Shown here: positions 47,390 to 60,107 of the stretch, piece after piece
Numbering within the stretch: position 1 is the first letter of the stretch
How the letters are laid out: every line of letters begins with the position of its first letter
From: Phyllobates terribilis
Lineage: Eukaryota
DNA length: 64,000 nucleotides
Direction: 5' to 3'
NCBI RefSeq assembly: GCF_046119375.1
Contig: NW_027362879.1
Coordinates: 1,984,001 to 2,048,000 of the forward strand
The notes under the pieces: model-generated
The model's input: only the letters and a program-made list of their open reading frames with translations
Database searches by the model: none
What the model was told of the DNA's origin: nothing
Program-made: the position numbers and the translations under genes

Positions 47390-48158
47390 ATCTCTCCACA
47401 GGTGTTCAATGAGATTTAGATCCGGATTCATTGCTGGTCAGAACTGTCCAGGACTTTGTTTCCATCCATTTTCTGGGTGCTTCTTGAAATATGTTTGGGG
47501 TCATTGTCATGCTGGAAGATCCATGACCTAGCAAGCAAACCCAGCTTTCTGACACTAGGCACTCTATTGTGCTCCAAAATCCTTTGCTAATCTTCAGATT
47601 TCATGATGCCTTGCACACAGTTAAGGTACCTGACCAGAGGCAGCAAAACAACCCCAAAACATTTTTGAAGTTCCACCATATTTGACTGTATGTGTTGTAA
47701 ATTTATTGATTATGTTGCGCACCTTGGACAGAAGAACATCCGGATCTCTAAAGATGGACTTATAGCCTTGAAATTATTGATATTTTTCAACAATTTTGGT
47801 TTTCAAGTCCTCAGACTCATGCAGAGATTGAATCAACTTCTCCCTTTATCTGGTTTTAGTTGTGATTTTCATATTGCCCACACCTGTTACTTGCCACAAT
47901 TGCGTTTGAACAAGCTTCACTTGCTTGAAACAAAGTTGTTTACTCACAATTTTGGCAAGGTGTCAATAATTTTGTCCGACCTATTTTGTGTGAAATTATG
48001 TTCAATTTGCCTTTTTTTCTCTGTTTTCTTGTGTTGTTCCAATGCATGCAAAGGAAATAAACGTGTATAACCAAAACGTGTAATGGCAATAATTTTCTGG
48101 GAGAATTACTTAATTTTCTGGAACAATTTCAAGGGAGCCAACACTTTTGACCATGACT
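47390..48158 (-). mobile_element. Degenerate Tc1-like element, copy B
   Basis: Paralog of 18115-18971. Confidence 0.7.
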
Positions 48159-48369
48159 TGTTTTTGTTGCCTTTTTAATTTGTTGCAGCATATCATCCTC
48201 TTCATGTTCAGCTATATTAGGAGGCTTGTAGCAAAGTCCAATTAGCAGCTTTCCATTATTGCCATTTCCATGTACATTACCCATACAGAGTGTACATCAG
48301 GGATGTAAAGCTCAAAACATGCAAAGGGCCAAAATGAAAAACTTGGACAAAGTCATGGACCAACCAGTA

Positions 48370-48545
48370 TACAGTATAATGGGCCCCACATAGTCCTCCA
48401 TACAGTATAATGGGCCCCACATAGTCCTCCATACAGTATGATTGGCCCCGCATAACTTTCCATCCAGTATAATGGGCCCCACATAGCTTTCCATCCAGTA
48501 TAATGGGCCCCACAAAGTCCTCCATGCAGAATAATGGCCTCACAT
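48370..48545. repeat. 31-bp short tandem array
   Basis: cagtataatgggccccacatagtcctccata at 48372, 48403 and onward; shorter in unit A (about 19183-19265). Confidence 0.8.
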
Positions 48546-48978
48546 AAGTGTGGTGGTTCTGGTGTCGTGGGTCAAATATAATCAAAAGATGGGCATGTGT
48601 GCAGTACATTGTCGAATCTGCCCCCATGTCGTCATTGAGCTTGAGGTCTTAAATTGTTTTTTACGAAAATTCCCACCCCTTTACCTATTTTTCTTTCCTA
48701 TCCGTTTCAATGTAGTGTAACCCTCTGTGTTTGTCACCCAGTCATGGCTTTCATCCATCCAGGTTTCTGTAATGCCCACCACATCATAATCTGTGGCTGA
48801 CCTAAGAGTCTCTGATTCATTCATTTTGTTTTCAAGACTTCTTTCATTTGCCTGCAGACATTTAATACTATTAGCACATTTATTATGGCTACTCGCCTCC
48901 TTACTTTCCTTGAATGTCTCACTCTCTCTATCTACTCTATCCCCTTATTTGCACATCAACCCTCCCTCTCCCCAGATC

Positions 48979-49430
48979 CTAGTTTGAAAGCTCCTCCATC
49001 CATCTGACCATTTTTTCCCCCAGCACATCTGCATTCTCCCCATTGAGGTGCAGCCTGTCCCTATCGTAAAGCCTGTAGCCAACAGAGAAGTCAGCGCAGT
49101 TCTCCATGAACCTAAACCCTTTCTTCCTGACAATTATCTCCTTAAGTTCCTGCTGACTTTCTAGTGACGTAGTGGAATCAGCAGTATTTCTGAAGACACC
49201 ACCTGTACTTCAGCTTCTCTCCTAATTCCCTGTAATCATTTTTAAAGACCTTTCACCTCTCTCTAACTTTGTCATTGGTACCAACGTGTACCATGACTGC
49301 TGGGTTTTCCCCAGCCGCACCCAATAATCTGTCTATCTGATCGCATGAAGATCCCCCTGTTAGGGGCACACAAAATGTGTGTGTTCTCGTCTTAGTTGTC
49401 TGCCACCAAATTGTATATAGGATCTATACG
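48979..49430 (-). mobile_element. CR1 ORF1 esterase fragment, copy B
   Basis: VMVHVGTNDKV, DRLHLNGENADVLG on the minus strand. Confidence 0.7.
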
Positions 49431-49767
49431 GTCAGAGAAATCATAAATTAACACTGAGTAGTGTCTCAAATAGGCTTTTTGTAGGAAAAATCAGGAACCT
49501 TTCCACACATTACCTCATTGCCTTATCTCAGAATTATGGCTGACATCTGTCGCTAATGAGTCATTATTTTAATATGTAAACAATTAAGTCAAGCTGACTC
49601 TCAATTAAGTCCGTCTTGCACGTAAGGTTCAAAGGCCAATCAGTATAATCACTTATCTTTTATTATTCTGTAATTTCCCTAAAAGTAATAGAGATCATTA
49701 GCAAGCTCTTATTATCAGATTAATATGTTAGTCAATAATCATTAGGGAATTTCCATAATTCCATGTT

Positions 49768-50962
49768 ATAGATTCATAGAATGGTAGAGTTGGAAGGGAC
49801 CTCCTGGGTCATCTGGTCCAACCCCCTGCTCAAAGCAGGATTCACTAAATCATCTCAGACAGACATCTGTCCAGCCTCTGTTTGAAGACGTCCTTTGAAG
49901 GGGAACTCACCACCTCTCGTGGCAGCCTGTTCCACTCATTGATCACCCTAACTGTCAAAAAGTTTTTTCTAATATCTAATTTGTGTCTCCTCCCATTCAG
50001 TTTCATCCCATTGCTTCTAGTCTTTCCTTGTGCAAATGAGAATAAAGATGATCCTTCTACAATGTGACAGCCCTTGAGGTATTTGTAGACAGCTATTAAG
50101 TCTCCTCTCAGTCTTCTTTTTTGCAAGCTAAACATTCCCAAATCTTGTAACCGTTCCTCATAGGACATGGTTTGCAGACCGATCACCATTCCGGTCGCTC
50201 TTCTCTGAACTTGCTCCAGTTTGTCGATGTCTTTTTTAAAATGTGGTGCCCAAAACTGGACACAGTATTCCAAATGAGGTCTGACCAAAGAGGAGTAAAG
50301 TGCGATAATGACTTCACGTTATCTAGACTGCATGCTTCTGTTAATACATCCCAGAATTGTATTTGCCTTTCTTGCTGCTGCATCACACTGTTGACTCATG
50401 TTCAGTCTATGATCTATTAGTATACCTAAGTCTTTTTCACATGTACTGTTGCTTAGCTCTATTCCTCCCATTCTGTATATGCTTTTTTCATTTTTATTGC
50501 CCAGATGTAGTACTTTGCATTTTTCCCTGTTAAAAACCATTCTGTTGGTTGCTGCCCACTGCTCCAGTTTATTTAGGTCTTTTTGAATCCTCTCTCTCTC
50601 TTCTCTAGTATTAGCTATCCCTCCTAGCTTTGTGTCATCAGCAAATTTAATCAGTTTACCCTCAATTCCTTCATCTAAATCATTGATAAAGATGTTAGAC
50701 AATACAGGTCCCAGGACAGAGCCCTGTGGTACCCCACTTGAGACATTCATCCAGCTGGATGTGAAGCCATTTACGACCACTCTTGGAGTCTGATCACTAA
50801 GCCAGTTATGAACCCACCTAACAGTTGCCTTGTCCATTCCATACTTGGTCATTTTTTCAATAAGGATGGTGTGAGATACTTTGTCAAATGCTTTGCTGAA
50901 GTCAAGATATACTATATCTACAGCATTTCCCTGATCCACCCAGTCAGTGATTCTGTCATACT
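49768..50962 (-). mobile_element. 5'-truncated CR1 LINE (RT C-half + 3' end), unit-B-specific
   Basis: [45 protein letters not shown]; ATGTT at 49763-49767 and 50963-50967; empty site about 20454. Confidence 0.93.
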
Positions 50963-51246
50963 ATGTTCCACGTAGTATGTGGATCTTTGATCAATATGAG
51001 GTTATTGGTACAATGTGGTTCGGGCAGGAGGAGGGAATTTTGTATTGTCTACAATTCTTAATACATACTATTTTCATATAACTTCCATAATCATACATAT
51101 ATTTATCCATAACACCCTAAATTATATTAGGAATTATCTTAAGGACCATAATCTTTCCACTTGATGAGATAATGCAAACAGTACCTGACCCACCTGGAAC
51201 CAAGAATTCGCCTTACTTCATACACCCGATACCCTTCCAAATCCAC

Positions 51247-51545
51247 CTTAATTATGTCTTGAGGTCCCCTCAAATTTTTTTAAAAGAGAAGAATGGAAAT
51301 GATTATTGATTTTCCAGGCAATAGGAAGTTGCAACTAAACTGTCACAGGATTTAAAATTTTAATAAATTTATAAGGACCTACAAATTTAGGTGCAAGCTT
51401 TCTAGATGTGATCTTTAAGCACAGATTTTTTTAGTACAACCACACAAAATCCCCCACCCTAAAGACTGGAGCCTTCCTAAGTCTGCGGTTAGCAACTCTT
51501 TTCGCCCAGTCATTATCTACCAAAAGATACATTTCGACCTCCCTC
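51247..51545 (-). mobile_element. Gypsy integrase C-terminal fragment, copy B
   Basis: Paralog of 20739-21035. Confidence 0.8.
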
Positions 51546-53265
51546 CAGGCCTTAAAGAGGTTGTCCACTACTATTAACAATGCCCCCATGGATTTAAATT
51601 GTGCCAAGTATTTTTGTAAATACCTTGCTTGTTCTTTATTGCCTGTGAGTGGCGCTATTGCTGGCCGCTCACCAGGCATCACGTGACCCCGGCTGCAGCC
51701 GACTCCGACATCCACTGATGTCACGTCAAGTTCCGGCTGCAGTCGGACGCGAGCAAGTGACGCCCTCCCCCTTGATTGATGGGCTGTGGTCGGGGTTTCA
51801 TCACACATCACAGCCCAGCATCCACCACGCGCTTTCCCTCTCTGCTTTAGTTGAGGAAGAGCAATAAAAAACTGAATTTCACTCGGACCAATGTTAATGA
51901 ATGAGTGACATCTCATTTGCGATTTTTTTTTTTCTCAGCTGAAATCGGGCTGAGAAAAAATTCACAGCATGCTGCGATTTGCCACGTATCTCGGACGAGA
52001 CTCGCCAGTGCAAGTCAACGGGTAGGTGAAAAAAATCGCACGCACATCACTTGGACCATGCGAGTGGCGTCCGATTTTCACTCACCCGTCTCTTTAAAAG
52101 CCGGCAATTCATCAGCCGCATACAGTTACAATACATCGGTGCCCAACAATTTAGAATAGAAAGAATAGCTATACACATAGAATAGATAGAAAGGTGTCAG
52201 TCATGTATATAATTAGTACAGTGACTGTTGGTTACTGTAGTTATCATTTATTGTTAAATTAAATGATTTCTTAAAAATTGGTGTGGGGTCCCCCGTAATT
52301 TTATAGTCTAGCAGAGATTAAGCAGACAGCTGGGGCAGATGTTTGAAGTCTGGGAAGGGGGTAATACCCACAGAGCTTCCCAGGCTACTAATATCAGCCC
52401 CCCAGCTGAATACTTAGCCTTTACAGGCTATTAAAATGGGGCACCCCCCAAATAATGACGTTCGGTCCTCCTCTTTTAACAGCTAGCAAAGGCTATGTAG
52501 ACAGTTGGGGACTGATATTAATAGCCTAGAAAGGGGCCATAAATAATGGCCCCCTCCGAGGCTAGAAACAGCAGCCCTCAGCCGCCCCAGAAGTGGCGCA
52601 TCCATAAGATGCACCAATTCTGGCACTTAGCCTCCGCTCTGCCCACTGCCCTGTAGCGGTGGCAGTGGGGTTATAGGGCTGGGGTTGATGTCAGCTTATA
52701 AGGCCAGCTGACATCAAGCCCAGGTTAGCAATGGAGAGGCGTCTATAAGACGCCCCCATTACTAACCCCATAGTGAAATGTGAAATAACTACAACAACAC
52801 CATGAATAAAATATTTTATTTGAAATAAACACAGAGACCTTTTATTGTTCTAAATTAAACCCTACTTACCATAACGCCCATTCCAGCTGAAGCCAATGTC
52901 CCCTGCAATGAAAGTTAAATAATAAAGCAACCTCATCCTTACCTAACTAGAAACACTAGCGATCTTAGGCCACGGTCACACTATCAGTATTTGGTCAGTA
53001 TTCGGTCAGTATTTTTTCTCAGGAGTGGGAGCCAAAACCAGGTGAGGAACAATCAGAGAAAAGGTATAATAGAAACAAGTGCACCAATTCTGCATTTATC
53101 CCCCATTCCTGATAAAAAATACTGACCGAATACTGATAGTGGGACCGGGGCCTTAGAATAAAAAACTGCATTGTATTGACATCAGGGGTATAGATTTGAG
53201 TAACTAACTCAAAACCAATGAGGAATAAAAGTGCAGATTTTTGGGGGCACATGATACAATATATA

Positions 53266-54582
53266 CAGTTGAAATCAGAAGTTTACATACACTATATAAA
53301 AAGACACATATGCATGTTTTTCTCAATATCTGACATGAAATCAGAATAAACCTTTCCCGTTTTAGGTCAATTAGGATTATTTTTTATATTTGCCAAATGC
53401 CAGAATAATGAGAGAGAGAGAATGTTTAAGGCATTTTTATAACTTACTGCAAAGTCAAAAGTTTACATACATTTCATTAGTATTTGGTACCACAGACCTT
53501 AAACTGAATGACTTGGGTCAAAGGTTTGGGATATCCTTCCACAAGCTTCTCACAATAGTTGGTTGGAATTTGGGCCCATTCCTCCGGACAAAACTGATGT
53601 AACTGATCCAGGTTTGTATGTCGCCTTGCTCGCACCTGCCTTTTCAGCTTTGCCCATAAATTTTCAATAGGATTGAGATCAGGGCTTTGTGATGACCACT
53701 CCAAAACATCGACTTTGTTATCCTTAAGCCACTTTGTTACCATTTTGGCAGTATGCTTCGGGTCATTGTCTATTTGGAAGACCCATTTCCACCCAAGCTT
53801 TAACTTCTTGGCTGATGTTTTGAGATGTTGCTTCAGTATTGCCACATAATCTTCTTTGTTAATAAAGCCATCTATTTTGTGAAATGCACCAGTCCCTCCT
53901 GCAGCAAAACAACCCCACAATATGATGCTGCCCCCCTATGTTTCACAGTTGGGATGGTGTTCTTAGGCTTCTAAGCTTCTCCCTTTTTCCTCCCAACGTA
54001 ACAATAGTCATTATGCCCAAAAAGATGAATTTTAATTTCATCAGACCACAGGTATTCTCCAAAAACTAAGGTCTTTGTTCCTGTGTGCATTTGCAAACCT
54101 TAATCTGGCTTTTTTATGTTTCTTTTGTAGCAATGGCCTCTTCCTGACAGAGTGGCCTTTCAGCCCATGTTGATATAGTACTCGTTTCACTGTGGATATT
54201 GACACAATCTTACCAGCTTCCGCCATCATCTTCACAAGGTCTTTGGCTTTGGTCCTTGGGTTGATATGTACATGTCGGACCAAATTACGTTCATCTCTGG
54301 GACACAGAACCCATCTCCTTTCTGAGCGGTATGATGGCTGGACATTCCCATCTTGTTTGTACTTGCGTATAATTGTTTGTACAGATGAACGAGGCACCTT
54401 CAGGTATCTTGAAATTGTGCCCAAGGATGAGCCAGACAAGTGCAAGTCCACAATTCTCTTTCTGGTATCTTGGCTGATTTCTGTAGACTTTCCCATGATG
54501 CTGAACAAAGAAGCAGTGTGTTTCAGGTGTGCATTAAAATACATCCACAGGCGTGTCTGAGAAGCTTCCAAACACATGACAT
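53266..54582 (-). mobile_element. Sleeping Beauty-like Tc1, frameshifted transposase 53477-54496 (copy B)
   Basis: Paralog of 24233-25557; [20 protein letters not shown]. Confidence 0.92.
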
Positions 54583-56009
54583 TGTTACGGATCCGGGTGG
54601 TGGAACCTCTGTGCTGGGATGCAAGAAGGGACCAGAGGGGCGTAACTAAGTGCCTACTCGGACCGACCCTGGTCGCACGGCGGCTTAGTAGACTCCGTGA
54701 ACCAAGGAGGGACCGGGCAGGTGGACCAGGTGCCACACTGGGACCGACCTTGTGTGAGAGCAGGCGACTACCATGGGTCATATGGCTGAAGCTGACAGGT
54801 ACAGCGGGAGAGCACGGCAGGTAACCTGACGGATGATCCGGGTTGGCAAGCAGGCTGGCACGGCAGGTAGCCAGATGGGTGTTCCGGGGTGGCAAGCAGG
54901 CGGACACAGCAGTTGGCCTGACAGGTGATCTGGGTAGACAGGCTGGCGGGCACTGCTGACAGACAGGCTGGCGGGCACGGCTGACAGGCTGGCAGGCACT
55001 GGAACCTGAGGGCTGAGGAGAGTGTTAGCACACAAACAACAACCTTGCACAGGCACCTCCATTTTGGAGGAGGTGCTTTATATAGGAGTGGTCCTCCGGC
55101 CAAGGGACTCTTTAGGACGGCGCGAGCGGCCTAAGCACAGTGCATGGGAAGCTGCGCGCGGTGCACGCAACAGCAGGTGCAGGGGAGCTGGAGGACGCCG
55201 GACCGGGACAGTAGCGGTGAGGGAAACGGCGTCTCCGCTCCGTACACTTTGTACACATACGGCTCCTCTCCGTACACCTCGTACACACGCGGCTCCGCTC
55301 CGTACACACGCGGCTCCGCTCCGTACACACGCGGCTCTGCTCCGTACACCTCGTACACACGCGGCTCTGCTCCGTACACCTCGTACACACGCGGCTCCGC
55401 TCCGTACACCTCGTACACGCGCGGCTCCGCTCCGTACACCTCGTACACGCGCGGCTCCGCTCCGTACACCTCGTACACGCCCGGCTCCGCTCCGTACACC
55501 TCGTACACACACGGCTCCGCTCCGTACACCTCGTACACACACGGCTCTGCTCCGTACACCTCGTACACACACGACTCCGCTTCGTACACCTCGTACACAC
55601 GCGGCTCTGCTCCGTACACCTCGTACACACGCGGCTCTGCTCCGTACACCTCGTACACGCGCGGCTCCGCTCCGCTCCGTACACCTCGTACACACACGAC
55701 TCCGCTCCGTACACCTCGTACACACGCGGCTCCGCTCCGTACACCTCGTACACACGCGGCTCCGCTCCGTACACCTCGTACACACGCGGCTCTGCTCCGT
55801 ACACCTCGTACACACACGGCTCCGCTCCGTACACCTCGTACACACGCGGCTCTGCTCTGTACACCTCGTACACACGCGGCTCTGCTCCGTACGCCTCGTA
55901 CACACGCGGCTCTGCTCCGTACACCTCGTACACACACGGCTCCGCTCCGTACACCTCGTACACACGCGGCTCCGCTCCGTACACCTCGTACACGCGCGGC
56001 TCTGCTACA
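54583..56009 (-). mobile_element. Solo LTR of the chromovirus at the position paralogous to the unit-A provirus
   Basis: Same flanks (atgacat|TGTTACGG and GCTACA|tccacac); no internal region; TATA at 55077-55084 (minus strand). Confidence 0.9.
55232..56005. repeat. 30-bp CpG-rich minisatellite (about 0.77 kb, about 26 units)
   Basis: Same unit as 30765-33265. Confidence 0.97.
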
Positions 56010-56104
56010 TCCACACTGTAAACCCCTCCTGACCCCACACATAAACTTCAGCTCATCCAGCACCATGACAACCAGCACAGCAGAGTCCTGCATCCACTGA
56101 GGCC

Positions 56105-56210
56105 CCTGATCATGTGACCCGTGACTCCTCCCCTCCTGTGACCTCATCACAGCTCCTGTGTGCACAGAGCAGCCATATATGTGGTGGCGGCTCTGCAGGT
56201 GGAGGTATGT
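56105..56210 (+). promoter_or_regulatory. Putative promoter / non-coding exon 1 of ZNF gene C
   Basis: Paralog of 33365-33470; donor GGAG|gtatgt at 56205. Confidence 0.45.
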
Positions 56211-56394
56211 GGAGACCCCCCATTACTGGGTGCAGGGGGCATTAACCCCTTCAGCACAGAGACTCTTTGTGTTGCCCCTTTATAAGAATCATAAGGTTTT
56301 TGTTCTGTTTCCTGTAATAGATACATACAACCCAACTATGGAGACAGGAAGGGAGGAAACGTATTGTTCTCATAGTACAGGACCCCTTTACTGG

Positions 56395-56885
56395 CCCCAC
56401 AGTGTAATGCCCCCATTATGCCCCTTATGCAGTATGTATGATGGCCCCCACAGTGTAATGCCCCCATTATGCCCCTTATGCAGGATGTATGATGCCCCCA
56501 CACAGTGTAATGCCCCCGTTATGCCCCTTATGCAGGATGTATGATGCCCCCACACAGTGTAATGCCCCCATTATGCCCCTTATGCAGTATGTATAATACC
56601 CCACACAGTGTAATGCCCGCACACAGTGTAATGCCCCCATTATGCCCCTTATGCAGTATGATGCCCCCACACAGTGTAATGCTCCCATTATGCCCATTAT
56701 GCAGGATGTATGATGCCCCCACAGTGTAATGCCCCAATTATGCCCCTTATGCAGTATGTATGATGCCCCCACACAGTGTAATGCCCTCATTATGCCCCTT
56801 ATGTACTATGTATTATGCCCCACACAGTGTAATGCCCCCATTATGCCCCTTATGCAGCATATATGATGTTTCCACACAGTATAAT
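56395..56885. repeat. 52-bp tandem minisatellite (copy C)
   Basis: Same unit as 1-950, shorter and more degenerate. Confidence 0.93.
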
Positions 56886-56894
56886 GTTCCCCCA

Positions 56895-58375
56895 GTACTG
56901 CCTGACTTCCTGAAGTTGGAATAATCCCTCTGCCTGCTCCTCTACATGTATAACCCTCGAGCATGTATACAGGCATGTAGGGGAGCAGTCATTACCAGAA
57001 ATCGAGGCTTTGTACAGTAATATACCGCATGAGGATGGTATCAGAGGAGTAAGACATTTCTTGAAATCAAGATCAATAGAGTGTAGCAGACATAATGACT
57101 TCATGGAGGATCTTCTAAAATTCACTCTTACTCATAACTACTTTCTTTTGACAGGAAGTACTTCCACCAGCTCAGGGGTACTGCGATGGGGAACCCCTGT
57201 CCCCCCTTATATTCTAACCTATTCCTGGGCTGGTGGGAGGAATCCACAATATTCAGGGATGATCATAAGTGGTGGCATCCATATATTGGGGTATGGTATA
57301 GATATATTGACAACATTGTTATCATCTGGTCAGAGACGAGTGAACAATTTCTTGAATTTGTCAGAGAACTCAATATCAGTAGCGATGGCCTTCGACTTTC
57401 ATCGGAGTTTGGTTATAACCAGTTGCCTTTCCTGGATGTACTAATCAAGAAAGAACTGGATGGGCAAGAAAGAACTGGATGGGACCCTAGGAACACTCAT
57501 CTACCATAAACCTACAAGCACTAATAAACTATTGAAGTGGAATAGCCACCATCCCATCCCCCTAAACAAAGGAATACCCAAGGGCCAATTTTTAAGGTCG
57601 AGAAAGAACTGTTCTTATGTCACAGATTTTAATATATAGGCAATAGGCATGAACACCAGATTCAGGGAAAAAGGTACCACAGTACATTTTGGATTCCGCA
57701 TGATTGTTTGCAGAAAAATGGGAGAGACAGACACTCCTCCATACCTAACCAAGAGACCAAGAAAAAGATGGGATAACACAAGTAATAGGAACTGACGACA
57801 ATCAGAGTGACCTTATCTTTAATATCCTCAGAAAACACTAGGATGTACTTGTGGCTGACCCGGACCTGAGGGTGCTTTGTGATCTACGCCAACAATAACT
57901 TTCAGAAAGGGTCGGTCAATTAGGGACCGTTTAGTGCATAGTTTCTATAAAAACCTGCACTCAAGGGGACATGGCTAGATAGAAGAATCTGTGGTTTCTT
58001 TAGATGTGGAGAATGTTGTACACATAATTGGATGAGACCATGTAAATCTTCCTCGAGTTCCTCTGTAGGTAAAACCTTTTTCCAGAGGGATTATTCCAAC
58101 TGTAACACCTCGGGACTTGTATATATGGCACATGCACCTGTCCCCTAGATTATGTATGCACGACCAAGAGGCAGTCTAGGATGAAGGTGGGGGGGGCATT
58201 TGGGCGATATACACCATGGTCGGGACACCCCATTAGCGAGGCACATGAACAGTGTACATTGAAGTGAAACCGGAGACCTCTCCTTTTGTATCATTGAGGA
58301 ATTTAAACCTAATGTGAGAGGAGGTGATCACAATAGATTTCCAGACTGGATTCACGAGCCCCTAGGGACTCAATG
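56895..58375 (+). mobile_element. Penelope-like element, copy C (most degenerate)
   Basis: Paralog of 958-2500; WYRYIDNIVIIWS, LPFLDV. Confidence 0.88.
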
Positions 58376-58962
58376 AGCAAATATGCTATCTAGTACTAAG
58401 AAGTGTGGTGATCCTTGTGTATCTCTAATTATGCAATAGGGGTCAAATTTGGCCATTTAGGAATATACTGTGGGCCATCATCCCATATTTTATGTAGTGA
58501 TAAAGTAGATCTACATGCCTATTGCATGATGGGAGGATGTGCATTACTTGTTTTTAGTCTCCCATGATGATGATCTCAGAGAGAGGATTTTTCTGATGAT
58601 GGAATGCACTCCAATACCATATGCGCTCCGGCGTGGAGCGCAGACATTCGAGCATGCACAATCGCAGACAATGTTCCAGTGTGGAATGCATAACTATGGG
58701 AATGCGCAGTCACGGGTGGCAATTAGTTTATCTGAACATGCACACTAGAGGATGGACATTATTGGATCTCTAGCGCATGAGAAGTAGCACAGGCGCAGTA
58801 CATTATTGTAGAAAGACTCCATTCTTTATATCCTATGACAATTCATAAACAAAAAAAACAAAATAATAATAATAAAAAAATAAAAATATATTGTACCCAT
58901 AAATAAATATATATTATGATATATTATGAAAAAAACTAACAAAAACAATAAAAGTACACATA

Positions 58963-60105
58963 TGGAGCGAGACATGATGTCCCAGATGTGCTCAATCGGA
59001 TTCAGGTCTGGGGAACGGGAGAGCCAGTCCATACCTTCAATGCCTTCATCTTGCAGGAACTGCTGATACACTCCAGCCACATGAGGTCTGGCATTGTCCT
59101 GCATTAGGAGGAACCCAGGGCCAACCGCACCAACATATGGTCTCACAAGGGGTCTGAGGATCTCATCTCGGTACCTAATGGCAGTCAGACTACCTCTGGC
59201 GAGCACATGGAGGGCTGTGCGGCCCTCCAAAGAAATGCCACCCCACACCTTTACTGACCCACTGCCAAACCGGTCATGCTGAAGGATGTTGCAGGCAGCA
59301 GATCGCTCTCCACGGCGTCTCCAGACTCTTTCACATCTGTCACATGTGCTCAGTGTGAACCTGCTTTCATCTGTGAAGAGCACAGGGCGCCAGTGGTGAC
59401 TTTGCCAATCCTGTTGTTCTGTGGCAAATGTCAAGCGTCCTACATGGTGTTGGACTGTGAGCACAACCCCCATCTGTGGACGTCGGGCCCTCATACCACC
59501 CTCATGGAGTCGGTTTCTAACCGTTTGTGCAGACACATGCACATTTGTGGCCTGCTGGAGGTCATTTTGTAGGGCTCTGTCAGTGCTCCTCCTGTTCCTT
59601 CTTGCACAAAGGCGGAGGTAGTGGTCCTGCTGCTGGGTTGTTGCCCTCCTACAGCCCCCTCCTCGTCTCCTGGTGTACTGGCCTGTCTCCTGGTAGAGCC
59701 TCCAGCCTTTGGACACTACGCTGACAGACACAGCAAACCTTTTGCCACAGTTCGCATTGATGTGCCATGATGGATGAGCTGCACTACCTGAGCAACTTCT
59801 GTGGGTTGTAGAGTCCGTCTCATGCTACCACGAGTGTGAAAGCACAACCAACATTCAAAAGTGACCAAAACATCAGCCAGAAAGCATTGGTACTGAGATG
59901 TGGTCTGGGGTCCCCACCTTTATTGAGGGTGTCTTGATAATTGCCAATAATTTCCATCTATTGTCTATTCCATTTGCACAACAGCATGTAAAATTGATTG
60001 TCAATCAGTGTTGCTTCCTAAGTGGACAGTTTGATTTCACAGAAGTTTGATTCACTTGGAGTTGTATTCTGTTGTTTAAGTGTTCCCTTTGTTTTTTGAG
60101 CAGTG
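58963..60105 (-). mobile_element. Tc1 (same family as 22218-23774), 3'-truncated
   Basis: ORF 58826..59731 [36 protein letters not shown]; one TIR ending gagcagtg+TA at 60105. Confidence 0.92.
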
Positions 60106-60107
60106 TA

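Larger units (their letters stand above)
33270..56009 (+). repeat. Segmental duplication unit B (complete, 22.74 kb)
   Basis: Starts tccacactgtaaacccctcctgaccccacacataaacttcag, identical to 56010 onward; collinear with unit A apart from TE indels. Confidence 0.9.

Noticed and set aside
55022-56165. Overlapping 295-344 aa repetitive ORFs
   Set aside because: Same minisatellite artefact.
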